Below are positions 37,592-47,127 of a stretch of 64,000 nt of DNA, piece after piece (the first letter of the stretch is position 1; every line of letters starts with the position of its first letter). Where the stretch lies: positions 1,179-65,178 of the IMG/VR virus record IMGVR_UViG_3300044954_000337; one strand, 5' to 3'. The notes under the pieces were generated by a model. The model saw only the letters and a list, made by a program, of their open reading frames with translations, was not told the origin of the DNA and made no database searches. The position numbers and the translations under genes were made by a program. The DNA is from a virus (Duplodnaviria > Caudoviricetes).

Positions 37592-38488
37592 TCAAAAAAC
37601 AGACACCACAGGCGGCTCGGAAGCAAGAAGCCTTCTTATTACTTCCACGCTGCTATAAATGGTTATGTGAGAATGTGTAGCGTTTCTTCCGGCAAGAATA
37701 GCATTTGCAAGAGCAACTACTTCTCCTCTAGAATTTACTAGAGGTCCACCAGAACATCCAGGGGATGTGGCAACGTTTGTCTGAATAACACTTACCATGC
37801 CTGGGTCTGTTCTGTCATTTTGAATGAGCCCAGAAACTATGCCGCTTACGAAGTACCAAGGAACCCCAAGCGGGTGACCAACATGGAATACTTCGCTACC
37901 TATACTTGGGACTTCCTCTGCGAGTGGGACGTAAGCTACTGGGTTATAAAGATACCAGTTTTCTTCCCTTACCGTCAAAATAACCACGTCATTGTCCTCG
38001 TCCCACAAAATAACCTCTACCGGAACAGGGTTTCCGGTTACCTGCCCTTCGTGGGTGATACCACCACGATTAACAAACCATCCCCTGTTTCCAATTGGAT
38101 TTGGTCTGGTTGGAACCTGCAAGACAATCCCTGGTATAATTTCAACCAGCATTATCTCTTGAAAGCAGTGAGCGGCACTTATAATGTGAATCTCGTCCAC
38201 AAAAAACCCTGTGCAGTATGGACCTTGCCACTCTACCTCGGAAAGATTCTCAAGACCACTCTCTATGGTTTCTGTCGGCTCCACAAAGGCAACTGTGGCG
38301 TTTAAAAGTCTTTCTGTGTTTTCTTCTGACAGACTAATTCTGGAAACTGGTTCTTCCGGTCTTACAACCCTCTGTGCGCAGCTTACGCAACACATCAGAA
38401 TCATACCAGTTGCCATAAAAGTTCCTACGGCTGTCAAAAATTTAGATAAATTACTATTGTTTCCCCTTACAAAATTATGCGTTCCCAT
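37592..38488 (-). CDS. trypsin-like (S1) serine protease, probably exported or membrane-anchored
   Basis: CTGF, SAAHC, DV, GHPLG, GCSGGP; hydrophobic N-terminus ending VSC; GAGGAG SD before ATG 38488. Confidence 0.88.
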   Translation of the reverse strand: MGTHNFVRGNNSNLSKFLTAVGTFMATGMILMCCVSCAQRVVRPEEPVSRISLSEENTERLLNATVAFVEPTETIESGLENLSEVEWQGPYCTGFFVDEIHIISAAHCFQEIMLVEIIPGIVLQVPTRPNPIGNRGWFVNRGGITHEGQVTGNPVPVEVILWDEDNDVVILTVREENWYLYNPVAYVPLAEEVPSIGSEVFHVGHPLGVPWYFVSGIVSGLIQNDRTDPGMVSVIQTNVATSPGCSGGPLVNSRGEVVALANAILAGRNATHSHITIYSSVEVIRRLLASEPPVVSVF

Positions 38489-38544
38489 TCTCTCCTCGTG
38501 TCTCCCATGTGTCATAAATATGACATAACACGAAAATAAAAGAA

Positions 38545-39747
38545 TCAGGAAGTCATTCTTCTGAAAAGTTCTGTTTCCCGACGTTCCATTTCTGCTCCAA
38601 GTTCTTTACCTTGGAATCCCTGATTCTGAAGTTCCAATCCAGTTATGGATGGCTCATATCTCAAGAAGACTTTAACCAGGTGCTCTGGAGGATTACCTAC
38701 CAGTCTAGAAAATTCCTCTAAATCTTGAGAACTCAGCCGGGAGTTCTTAAAAAGCTTCTTCATTTTGTAAGCATTGGGTACATTTAATCCTAAAAATGCC
38801 GCTAAGAATGAAACTTGAGATACTTCATCTGCAGAATATTTTAGGTTATTGAGTTTCCCCATAATAACCTTGGGACTATTTTCTCTTAATAGGACAGCCA
38901 GGGCAACAGGGATATTTTTGGTATCCTTGAAATCCCTAGAAACAACCATTCCCGGGAAAATCTGTGGCCATAGGTCAAATTCTGATATCAAATTAAGGAA
39001 TTGCGGTACACTTTTGGCACTTTTAATACCCTTTAAGAATTCATCCCTAATTCTTTCCCCAGACACTCCATCCAGAGAGTTATTGGATTTAATGGCCTGA
39101 GCAGTCTCAGGATCCAGCCCAGAACCGATTCTAGCCGCGAACCGAATGGCACGTAAGATTCTCAGCCTGTCCTCGTCAAAGCGTTCCTGGGGGCTTCCAA
39201 CGGTCCTAATGACACCTTTTTCAATGTCTTCTATCCCGCCAACGTAGTCTATGATTTCTTGGGTCTCTATGTCATAAAAAAGGGCATTTATTCTGAGGTC
39301 TCTTCTTTGTTGGTCCTGCTCTATGGAACTAACAAAATTAACGGCATCTGGCCTACGTCCCTTTCCTACGTCAGTCCGAAGGGTGGCAATCTCAAATTCC
39401 CCTCCTTCTGGGGTAATAACCTTAACAACTCCAAAGGATTTACCAATTTCAAGGATTTTTAGGCTTGGGTCTTGTTTTAAAATATCAATCGTGTCATCTG
39501 GCTGAGCATCCGTGGCAACATCCAGGTCCTTGGGCTGCTTGCCCATGAGGGCGTCCCTTACAGAACCACCCACAAGCCAGAATCCTTTGTTATTTGCCTT
39601 GAACATCTTGGAGAGACGAAGAAGGTCGGGTGGCAAAGAAATTGGAAACTTTTTTCTGATAGGTGAGGTAGAATTTTCTATTTCTAGCAGAATATTCTCT
39701 ACCAAATATTCTACGTAACGTCGCAGATATTGATTTTTCATAGCCAT
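38545..39747 (-). CDS. cca: class II CCA-adding/poly(A) polymerase-family tRNA nucleotidyltransferase with acidic leader
   Basis: VGGSVRD, DLDVATD, EIATLR, RRDLRINA, EDRLRILRAIRF, SGERIRDE. Confidence 0.9.
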   Translation of the reverse strand: MAMKNQYLRRYVEYLVENILLEIENSTSPIRKKFPISLPPDLLRLSKMFKANNKGFWLVGGSVRDALMGKQPKDLDVATDAQPDDTIDILKQDPSLKILEIGKSFGVVKVITPEGGEFEIATLRTDVGKGRRPDAVNFVSSIEQDQQRRDLRINALFYDIETQEIIDYVGGIEDIEKGVIRTVGSPQERFDEDRLRILRAIRFAARIGSGLDPETAQAIKSNNSLDGVSGERIRDEFLKGIKSAKSVPQFLNLISEFDLWPQIFPGMVVSRDFKDTKNIPVALAVLLRENSPKVIMGKLNNLKYSADEVSQVSFLAAFLGLNVPNAYKMKKLFKNSRLSSQDLEEFSRLVGNPPEHLVKVFLRYEPSITGLELQNQGFQGKELGAEMERRETELFRRMTS

Positions 39748-39748
39748 A

Positions 39749-40660
39749 TCACGACATATTTTTTATCTGATTAAGTTTTTGTTGAAGTTCTTGTGGCGTT
39801 TTTGATTGATAAAGATCAAGGGCTTTTCTGTGCGCAGCGTACAAAATTTTCTTTGCCCTTGGATCTTGTGGATTATCATTTAAAGAAAAATTAGAAAAAC
39901 CTAATCCTTTTTCATGCGCAAAATCTGAAAGTATGCGATTTATAGCAAAGCGGTCTTCTTGGCTTCTTTTTTCTATTGGCTGACCGCTAGGTCCAAGTAT
40001 GATCGCAAAACGATAAGCTAATGATTTTTCTTTGTTATCGAAATTTTGAGCCCTTTGCCAAGCTGCCTGCAAAGCCTGGTGCGTGTCAATTCCCTTGAAA
40101 TTAATTTGCGACAAGGTACCAACCATAGACGTAATCAAGTTATTAACCAAAGTTTTCATTTGGTTTAATTTTGTAGCATCCATCTGTACCGAAAGTTGAT
40201 TAAGAATCAGCTGACTTATTTGTTCTGGGCTTACTTCAATGCCGGCAGTATTTGGGTTAAAGTCTTCCAAGCTTATCATAATGGCTATTCTCAAAATGGC
40301 TTCACCTATGTTGTATTTTTGAGCAATGCCAATATCCTTCATATTTAGAACGCCAGCCCTTTTTTCAAAATCTTGTACTTTGTCTCCAAGTGCCCTCCCT
40401 GCGGCAAAAAAAGAATTTAGCGCGTTTGAAAAAGTGGCGTAATCTTTTTCAGTAAATCCCAAAGCACTCATTTGTTTTTCGAAGTTTAAAATTAATGGGG
40501 TGACACGTTTCATTATTTCAGTTTTAAGCTGCTCGGTAGGCATCGCGTCCCAGTTTGGCTCTTTGCCTTTTCCAAAAAACATATCCAATAAGCCCTCATT
40601 TAAAGAATTTGGATATTTTTCCGGGTAAAGGAACGGTAATAATGATAAATTTCTAGACAT
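39749..40660 (-). CDS. hypothetical helical protein, putative virion
   Basis: N-terminal SLNEG; TACTTA 8 nt upstream. Confidence 0.7.
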   Translation of the reverse strand: MSRNLSLLPFLYPEKYPNSLNEGLLDMFFGKGKEPNWDAMPTEQLKTEIMKRVTPLILNFEKQMSALGFTEKDYATFSNALNSFFAAGRALGDKVQDFEKRAGVLNMKDIGIAQKYNIGEAILRIAIMISLEDFNPNTAGIEVSPEQISQLILNQLSVQMDATKLNQMKTLVNNLITSMVGTLSQINFKGIDTHQALQAAWQRAQNFDNKEKSLAYRFAIILGPSGQPIEKRSQEDRFAINRILSDFAHEKGLGFSNFSLNDNPQDPRAKKILYAAHRKALDLYQSKTPQELQQKLNQIKNMS

Positions 40661-40667
40661 ATCGTTA

Positions 40668-41447
40668 CTAAGTATGTTTTAAAATCCACTTAATTGCCGC
40701 GAGGTCAAAGCCTACCCTAGACCTCAGGGATTTTGTCTGAGGAGTTTCTAGAGTTGTGGTTTCCCCACACCCAAGCTCACAAGCAAAAGTCTCGGATGTC
40801 CCTTTGTACTCAGGATATTGCCACAACCCTTTTTTCCTTGGCACCCCTAGGGCAATCTGGAGAGATTTTACCAAGCCCTTTACCTTCTTGTTTCTAAAGA
40901 GATATGGTTCCTTATCCTTGATTGTAGAGTCCTCATGGATGTCTACAAAAATCTGGGGTTGAAAGTTCTCTAGTTCGTTTTTAAGTTCGTGGATGTACTT
41001 TGGAGCCCTCTCCTTGTTCCATACACAGTTAAGGTTCATCCTACCAGATTCAAATCTTCTTTTGTTGTTCCAAGCTTCATGTCCGATAATTGGACACACA
41101 AGAAGAGACACATTTTTTGGAATAAGATTTCTTCTTTTGGTAGACTCAAGCCACGCAAGGAGAGCCACAGGGCCGGAGCGTTCCTCCCCATGGATTCCAG
41201 AAATTATAGCTACCTTGGCTGGACCCTTGCCAAGATAATACACAACTCTGCCACTATCAAGAAGTCTTGCCCTAAATCCATGTCTTTTTGCTGCCTTATG
41301 GAATCTTTCCATGTATTTGTCAGCAGACAGGCTATTGATTTTATTCAGTTTTGCAGAGATTGGAACCAAGGAAGAAACTTCAGAAGAGATAATTCTCTTT
41401 GTCCAGGCCGACCTTTTCTTTTTTGTTAATGTCTTCTTCCCTGTCAT
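40668..41447 (-). CDS. M14-family zinc peptidase / succinylglutamate desuccinylase-like
   Basis: SGIHGEE (HxxE), NLN, VDIHED, TLETP. Confidence 0.8.
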   Translation of the reverse strand: MTGKKTLTKKKRSAWTKRIISSEVSSLVPISAKLNKINSLSADKYMERFHKAAKRHGFRARLLDSGRVVYYLGKGPAKVAIISGIHGEERSGPVALLAWLESTKRRNLIPKNVSLLVCPIIGHEAWNNKRRFESGRMNLNCVWNKERAPKYIHELKNELENFQPQIFVDIHEDSTIKDKEPYLFRNKKVKGLVKSLQIALGVPRKKGLWQYPEYKGTSETFACELGCGETTTLETPQTKSLRSRVGFDLAAIKWILKHT

Positions 41448-41494
41448 GCCCCTAAGTATGGCAGGAAAAATATTAACCGAATATCAAAATATTG

Positions 41495-41794
41495 CTACGG
41501 AATAGGAATTAACCGTAGGCATGGTTTTGAAAACCAACCGCCAACCCAAAATTTTATACCAGTTTTTGTATTTTGCAAGTGGAAACTAAAATTATTTTCC
41601 TCTAAAACATAATAAATTTCATCTAATCTGTATTCTGACTTAAAATTATTATTGTGGGCAAGCGAATAAAGCTTTAGTTCCCATGCTTTTTGGGTTATTT
41701 GAGCGATATCAATAAGTTCTTGTTTAGAATCTCCAAAAAAAATAGTGGAGCCTGTGAAATTATTGCAAATTCTATATTTTTGGAGGTTATCCAC
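41495..41794 (-). CDS. hypothetical protein
   Basis: AT-rich ORF; GTG start overlapping the RNR stop. Confidence 0.45.
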   Translation of the reverse strand: MDNLQKYRICNNFTGSTIFFGDSKQELIDIAQITQKAWELKLYSLAHNNNFKSEYRLDEIYYVLEENNFSFHLQNTKTGIKFWVGGWFSKPCLRLIPIP

Positions 41795-44309
41795 ATTTAC
41801 TGTGTCCGCAATTTTTGCACGAGACACATCCTTCTTGATAAATGAGATTGCCAGAGCCACAGGAGGGGCATTTCTTCTCTGATGCCTTTGTCCCATCCTG
41901 GATATACTCTTTCAGAACCCTGGACATGGCTCTTGAAAAAGAAAACAGGTCGTCATCCTTCTCGGAACCTTTTACAAGTTGTTCCACGACATACTGAACG
42001 GGCGTTCCATGCCTGAGGGCAAGAGAGATCGTTCTGGTAAAGGCTGCGTTTGTGGCGTTATCAAAAACTGCTGCAATGTCCTTTACAACCGTTTCATCCT
42101 CTGGAGACTTTTCGAAGTCATAGTGGAAGTCATATCTTGGAACAGGATTCTCCAAGCCGTTGTGCTTTACTATTTTTCCTACCTTGGCTCTTTTTGGAAT
42201 GGAGATGTATTTTGACAAGCCGCCCATTATTTCATAAGGTCTTTCCTCGTGGAGGCCAACGAAGAAAGTCCACTTCTCACCCTGAACGGTTGTATGAATA
42301 ACGTCACATCCAAGTTCTTTCGGTCTTTTGGGAGCATGATGGTCAAGAAATTTATTTTCTGCATCTTTTGTTCCCATTGTCTGAGAGTTTTCCGTAACCA
42401 GAACGCCAGTCCTGGAGCCGTCACGATAAATCGTGAATCCCTTGCAGCCAGATTCCCAGGCAGACATATAAATGTCACCAACAAGCTCCTTTGAGGCCGT
42501 ATTTGGTAGATTGCAAGTTTTGGAGATAGCATGACAAATATATTCCTGAGCGGCAGCTTGCAATTTTACCGAGGCTTTCCAGTCTACGTCATTTGCTCTT
42601 GACTTCCAGTAAGGAGATTCCTCTACCTTTGTTTTCCCGGTAATCTTCATCCATTTCTGGAACTGAGGATGATAAACCTCATACTCTTGCCACTTGTCTC
42701 CCAAGTCGTCCACAAAGTCCACACGGACATCTTTGTCACTTGACATTATCTTTCTACGACGCTTGTAGACAACCTCAAATGCTGGTTCAATGCCGGAGGT
42801 TGTTCTTGTCAGAATCGACACACTTCCTGCCGGTGCAGTTGTAGTAAGGGCGATATTTCTACGACCAAATTTCTTTAGTCTTTCCTTTAGAGCTTTATCG
42901 TGTTGAGCAATTTTGTTGATAAACGGGTGATCTTTTTCTTTCTCGTAGTCGTATGCCGGAAATGGTCCACGTTGCTCTGCCAGGCATGTAGTTTCCCAAT
43001 AGGCGTTATGCGCTAAAAGGCCATATATGCTATGAACAGTCTCTATGGACTCTGCCGAGCCATATCTTTGACCAAGTGCGGCAATGGTATCTCCAACAGC
43101 CGTTACGCCAAGTCCAGTTCTGCGACCTCTCTCACAAGAAACACGAATTCTCTTCCAGAGATCACTTTCTATTCGCTTTACGCTTTCTGGCTCTGGATCA
43201 TTTTTTATCTTCTCTATAATTTTGTCGATACACTCCAGTTCTAGGTCAATCATGTCGTCCATAAGACGCTGCGCCAATCTTACGGTGTTCCCATAACTTT
43301 TTCCATCAAATGTTGCCTTGTCTGTAAATGGATTTTCCACAAAGGACAACGTGTTGACGAGCATGAGTCGGCAACTATCATCCTTAGACAGAACTATTTC
43401 GGAACATGGATTTACACCAACGCTAGCAAACTCCTCATAGCAATCGCTAGGAGTATTTTTAAGAACAGTGTCCCAAAACAACAAACCTGGTTCAGCGCAA
43501 GCATGGGCACTATCAATTATTTGATCCCAAATCTGTTTAGCGGAAACCTTTTTGGATATTTCTGGTGTCTTGGAGTTTGTTGGCCACCTTAACTCAACCT
43601 GGTCATTTGCCTTGACCGCTTTCATAAATTCGTCCGTAAGACGAATAGAAATGTTGGCACCCGTTACTTTCTTAAGGTCTCTCTTGATGTTTATAAAGGT
43701 TTCAATTTCTGGATGATGAACAGAAATCGTCAACATTAGGGCGCCCCTTCTTCCAGAGCCTTGGGCGACCTCTCTGCACGAGTTCGAAAATCTTTCCATG
43801 AAGACGGCAATGCCATCCGTGGACTTGGCAGCATTTTTGGTAATTAAACCCTTCGGTCGAATATTAGAAATATCAAACCCAACACCAGCCCTTCTTTTCA
43901 TCAACTGAACTTGCTCTTGGTCGGTCTTGAGAATTCCTCCGTAGGAGTCATACGGGGGTTCAAGCGTGTAGCAATTGCTTAAGGTCATCACCTGATAAGG
44001 GTTTCCAATCCCTGCCATGGGGGAACCTTGTGGAACAATATACTTGAAGTCTTTCAGATAAGAATAAATCACCTCTTCAGAAACAGGGTTTGGATATTTT
44101 TTTTCTATCCTTGCAAATTCCTTTGCAAGCCTCTTGTGCATTTCATCGGGAGTAGGCTCCAAAACTTCACCCGTGGGTGTGGTAAGGGCATATTTGTCAA
44201 CATAAACTCCTGCCGCAAGAGCATCACCACCAAAGTATTCCGTTGATCTTTCTAGTGCTTCATTGTAATCTGTCATGTTTTTCTCTAAGTTGTTTTCGCG
44301 GTATATCAT
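41787..44309 (-). CDS. nrdJ: class II (adenosylcobalamin-dependent) ribonucleotide reductase
   Basis: LSNC, RRGA, NPCSE, SCRL, GLG, TTAPAGS, TSGIEP, ISKTCN, GCKG.TIYRDGSR, C-terminal TSCPD-like domain and Zn ribbon; no nrdB nearby. Confidence 0.9.
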   Translation of the reverse strand: MIYRENNLEKNMTDYNEALERSTEYFGGDALAAGVYVDKYALTTPTGEVLEPTPDEMHKRLAKEFARIEKKYPNPVSEEVIYSYLKDFKYIVPQGSPMAGIGNPYQVMTLSNCYTLEPPYDSYGGILKTDQEQVQLMKRRAGVGFDISNIRPKGLITKNAAKSTDGIAVFMERFSNSCREVAQGSGRRGALMLTISVHHPEIETFINIKRDLKKVTGANISIRLTDEFMKAVKANDQVELRWPTNSKTPEISKKVSAKQIWDQIIDSAHACAEPGLLFWDTVLKNTPSDCYEEFASVGVNPCSEIVLSKDDSCRLMLVNTLSFVENPFTDKATFDGKSYGNTVRLAQRLMDDMIDLELECIDKIIEKIKNDPEPESVKRIESDLWKRIRVSCERGRRTGLGVTAVGDTIAALGQRYGSAESIETVHSIYGLLAHNAYWETTCLAEQRGPFPAYDYEKEKDHPFINKIAQHDKALKERLKKFGRRNIALTTTAPAGSVSILTRTTSGIEPAFEVVYKRRRKIMSSDKDVRVDFVDDLGDKWQEYEVYHPQFQKWMKITGKTKVEESPYWKSRANDVDWKASVKLQAAAQEYICHAISKTCNLPNTASKELVGDIYMSAWESGCKGFTIYRDGSRTGVLVTENSQTMGTKDAENKFLDHHAPKRPKELGCDVIHTTVQGEKWTFFVGLHEERPYEIMGGLSKYISIPKRAKVGKIVKHNGLENPVPRYDFHYDFEKSPEDETVVKDIAAVFDNATNAAFTRTISLALRHGTPVQYVVEQLVKGSEKDDDLFSFSRAMSRVLKEYIQDGTKASEKKCPSCGSGNLIYQEGCVSCKNCGHSKCG

Positions 44310-45808
44310 GCTAAACTTTCAAGCTTCACAGGATTATTTTCGGATTTTTCTTTTTGTTGTTCTTTGTAAATTTTTCTAAGTGCAGAAATTGCACTTGAGC
44401 TTTGACTACTATTGTTGTTTCCGTGCGAGGATGAGAAATTATTGCCGCCGCCATTATTACCGCTTGTGGCATTCTCAGCAAGCTCTGGTTCCATTTCCGA
44501 AATAATTTTAAGCTTGGACTTGGAAGTATCCAGGTGTACGTAAAATTGAATTCCGTCCTTACCTGCTCTGTTTTTTGCAATAAACAGAGTTCCGTATCCG
44601 GTTGCCTTCATCTCGGGCTTTCTGTGAAAGCCGAAAATTACATCACAAGCATGACTCTGACCATAGGACTCTGCCATGTTCGTCATGTCAATAAAGTCTT
44701 GCTTGCTGCCTTCCTTGTTTGACTGTGTTGCTGTCCAAATTGGTACGTTGAGTTCCTGGGCAAGACCTCTGAGTTCCTCGAATATTCTCTGAAGTTCCAT
44801 TCTTGGAAGTTCATATTTTTCTGTGGAACGCATGATTCCAGAGTAGTCCACGATAACGAGATCTGGTCTAAATCCAGTTAGAGCAAGTCTGTCAAGGTGA
44901 TTTCTAAGAGTCTGAACGGTTGCCGTTCTCGTCGGGAACTCTTTGATAATTAACTTGCCATAGGTTTCTTCATTTTCCTTGTAGTGGTCCTTTATTTTTT
45001 GAATGTTCTCGGAGCACTCAAGAGAATTAATGTCGCAAAGATAGCTGTCGTACCTAACTCCCATAGCTCTTTCTCTAAGCTCAAAGGAATAGTGAACAAC
45101 ATTTTTACCTCTCTTTATTGCCTCTGCACCAAACTGGATTAGGATGTGTGATTTTCCTACGCCGGACAGAGCAACGACCGTGCCAATTTCTCCGGCACCA
45201 AGTCCGCCATTTAGAAGTTGCTTAGCGTCAAGCTCTGGGATTCCTGTCTTAATTGGATTTCTAGCCGTCTCAGAGTACCTTGCCTCAACGTCAGTACCGA
45301 GGGAAAGGCCAGGCGCAGTCGTCATACCGGCCGCTAGAGCCTCTTTGATGACGGTGGCTACCCTGTCATAGTCCTCGCTTACAATAAGCTCCACAGATTT
45401 TTCTAGAGCCATCTGGAGCCCTTGCTTGCGGCAGAACTCAAGGGCTCTGTCCTTCACAAATGGAAGGTCGCCAAGATTTTCATTCCTTGCAATCATAACA
45501 AGGAAGGAATAAATCTGCTGCCTTAAAATAGAATCCCTGTCGGACTTAAGTTCCTCTACCAGAATTGTTCTCAGAAGTTCGTTTGATGGAAACTCCTTGA
45601 ACTTTTTGTGGTATTCCACATACTTGCTTGCTACCAGCTTCAGGTAAGCATGTTCAAAATAACTAACATCCAATACTTCTGCAAATTGCGCAGCCCAGAT
45701 TTTATCTGAAATCATGGCCTGAACAATTTTTTCCTGAAACGTTTTATCAAAGGTGAAATGTTTCCCTTGATTTTGCGTTTTGTCCTGTAAACTCGTGGAC
45801 ATGCACAA
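44306..45808 (-). CDS. DnaB/gp41-like replicative helicase
   Basis: ALSGVGKS (Walker A), SFEL, VIVDY, WTATQSN, KNRAG. Confidence 0.92.
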   Translation of the reverse strand: MCMSTSLQDKTQNQGKHFTFDKTFQEKIVQAMISDKIWAAQFAEVLDVSYFEHAYLKLVASKYVEYHKKFKEFPSNELLRTILVEELKSDRDSILRQQIYSFLVMIARNENLGDLPFVKDRALEFCRKQGLQMALEKSVELIVSEDYDRVATVIKEALAAGMTTAPGLSLGTDVEARYSETARNPIKTGIPELDAKQLLNGGLGAGEIGTVVALSGVGKSHILIQFGAEAIKRGKNVVHYSFELRERAMGVRYDSYLCDINSLECSENIQKIKDHYKENEETYGKLIIKEFPTRTATVQTLRNHLDRLALTGFRPDLVIVDYSGIMRSTEKYELPRMELQRIFEELRGLAQELNVPIWTATQSNKEGSKQDFIDMTNMAESYGQSHACDVIFGFHRKPEMKATGYGTLFIAKNRAGKDGIQFYVHLDTSKSKLKIISEMEPELAENATSGNNGGGNNFSSSHGNNNSSQSSSAISALRKIYKEQQKEKSENNPVKLESLA

Positions 45809-45947
45809 TCTCCTTAAAATAACTCTATTGTTTTGGTGATACGATAGAGGATACTGTTGTTGTTGTCCGCTAGTCTAACATCGGCACTCATCAGATAAAC
45901 CATCGTCTGTTTAAAGATGTTCCTGCGAGAAAAAATTCCAAAAAATT

Positions 45948-46982
45948 CTACTCGACAAGTGTAGTTTTAAACAACACGGACAGCCTATCAAAATCAATGT
46001 CGGTTACGACGCCAGCGTCTATCATTGTACGAATCAAACCCAATTTATTTAAGTTTGGTTTGAAGTTATCTACAATAAAATCAATTTTTTCAATTTGAGA
46101 AGCAGACATGGAAGAGGAATCCAAATACATGAGTTCCCAATTTCTTTGAAGAATTTCCTTGGCTTCCCCAACGTCAGAATATGCTTTTATTTTTGACTTT
46201 TCTTTGAGCTTGGTCTCGCAATATTCTATAATGTCCTTTGGCTGATGGTCCTTGTCCACCTCTGCCAAAAAAGGAAATCTTTTTGCTGCGGTTTTGAGAC
46301 CAATACCCTCAACACCTGGAATATTGTCCGAGGTGTCACCCACCATAGTTCTTGCCAGGCAAAAGTTTCTTGGAGAAATATTATATTCCGTCAGAATTTT
46401 TTCTGCAGATACAAGAATTTTCTTCCCTGGATCATATATCTCAATGCTTGGATTTTCCAGCAATTGGTAAAAATCTTTGTCAGAAGAAACAAGAATTTTT
46501 CTTGCATTTTCTTTAGAAAATTTGTTCCGAAGCAAATAAGCGGCAATATCATCACACTCCGTTTCTGGAATGTAAATCTGACACACCGGCATCTGCTTTA
46601 GAACTTGTGTAAGCAAGTGAAGTTGCTTAAGTTTATTTTCTTGGTCGCCTAGAAGCCAGGATCTCTTAGAGGTATCATCCTTTATGTTTTTGAAGGATTC
46701 CTTGTCCTTGGCTCTGTTTGCCTTGTAGCCCTCAAAGATTTTCTTACGTCTCGGTGAGGCTCCGCCCTGTTCCCAGACCACTACCAACTTCCTTGGTACG
46801 AAGTTATACGTGAGATAATTCAGATATTTTATAAAACCAACCACGCCACCTACAGGATCTCCACTTGTGGTAACGCTTTCGTTTACCACGAACAGACGAA
46901 TAAAAAGATTCATACCATCGACCACAACAATTGGTCGCTCTGTCTTATGGTCTGGCTTGAATATTAAGTTCACAGGAGTCAT
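45948..46982 (-). CDS. 5'-3' exonuclease / flap endonuclease (PolA N-terminal / T4 RNase H-like)
   Basis: VDGMN, YKANR, ECDD, SSDKDFYQL, GDTSDNIPGVEGIG.KTA. Confidence 0.93.
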   Translation of the reverse strand: MTPVNLIFKPDHKTERPIVVVDGMNLFIRLFVVNESVTTSGDPVGGVVGFIKYLNYLTYNFVPRKLVVVWEQGGASPRRKKIFEGYKANRAKDKESFKNIKDDTSKRSWLLGDQENKLKQLHLLTQVLKQMPVCQIYIPETECDDIAAYLLRNKFSKENARKILVSSDKDFYQLLENPSIEIYDPGKKILVSAEKILTEYNISPRNFCLARTMVGDTSDNIPGVEGIGLKTAAKRFPFLAEVDKDHQPKDIIEYCETKLKEKSKIKAYSDVGEAKEILQRNWELMYLDSSSMSASQIEKIDFIVDNFKPNLNKLGLIRTMIDAGVVTDIDFDRLSVLFKTTLVE

Positions 46983-47127
46983 CGTGGTTGTTACATTCTT
47001 CTGCGGGGTTGGTTTGATGTATTAGGAAAGAAATCGCCGTATATCCAACACATATAGCTGCAACAAATATAAACAATGCCACAAGCCACATTTTTGTTTC
47101 TACGTGTATCTCTTTTCTTTTAATCAT
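46945..47127 (-). CDS. small membrane protein
   Basis: Single TM segment; ATGA-coupled. Confidence 0.5.
   Translation of the reverse strand: MIKRKEIHVETKMWLVALFIFVAAICVGYTAISFLIHQTNPAEECNNHDDSCELNIQARP

Noticed and set aside
41795-41896. Long 5' extension of ORF 41495-41896
   Set aside because: It overlaps the RNR zinc ribbon; the GTG at 41794 is the more plausible start.
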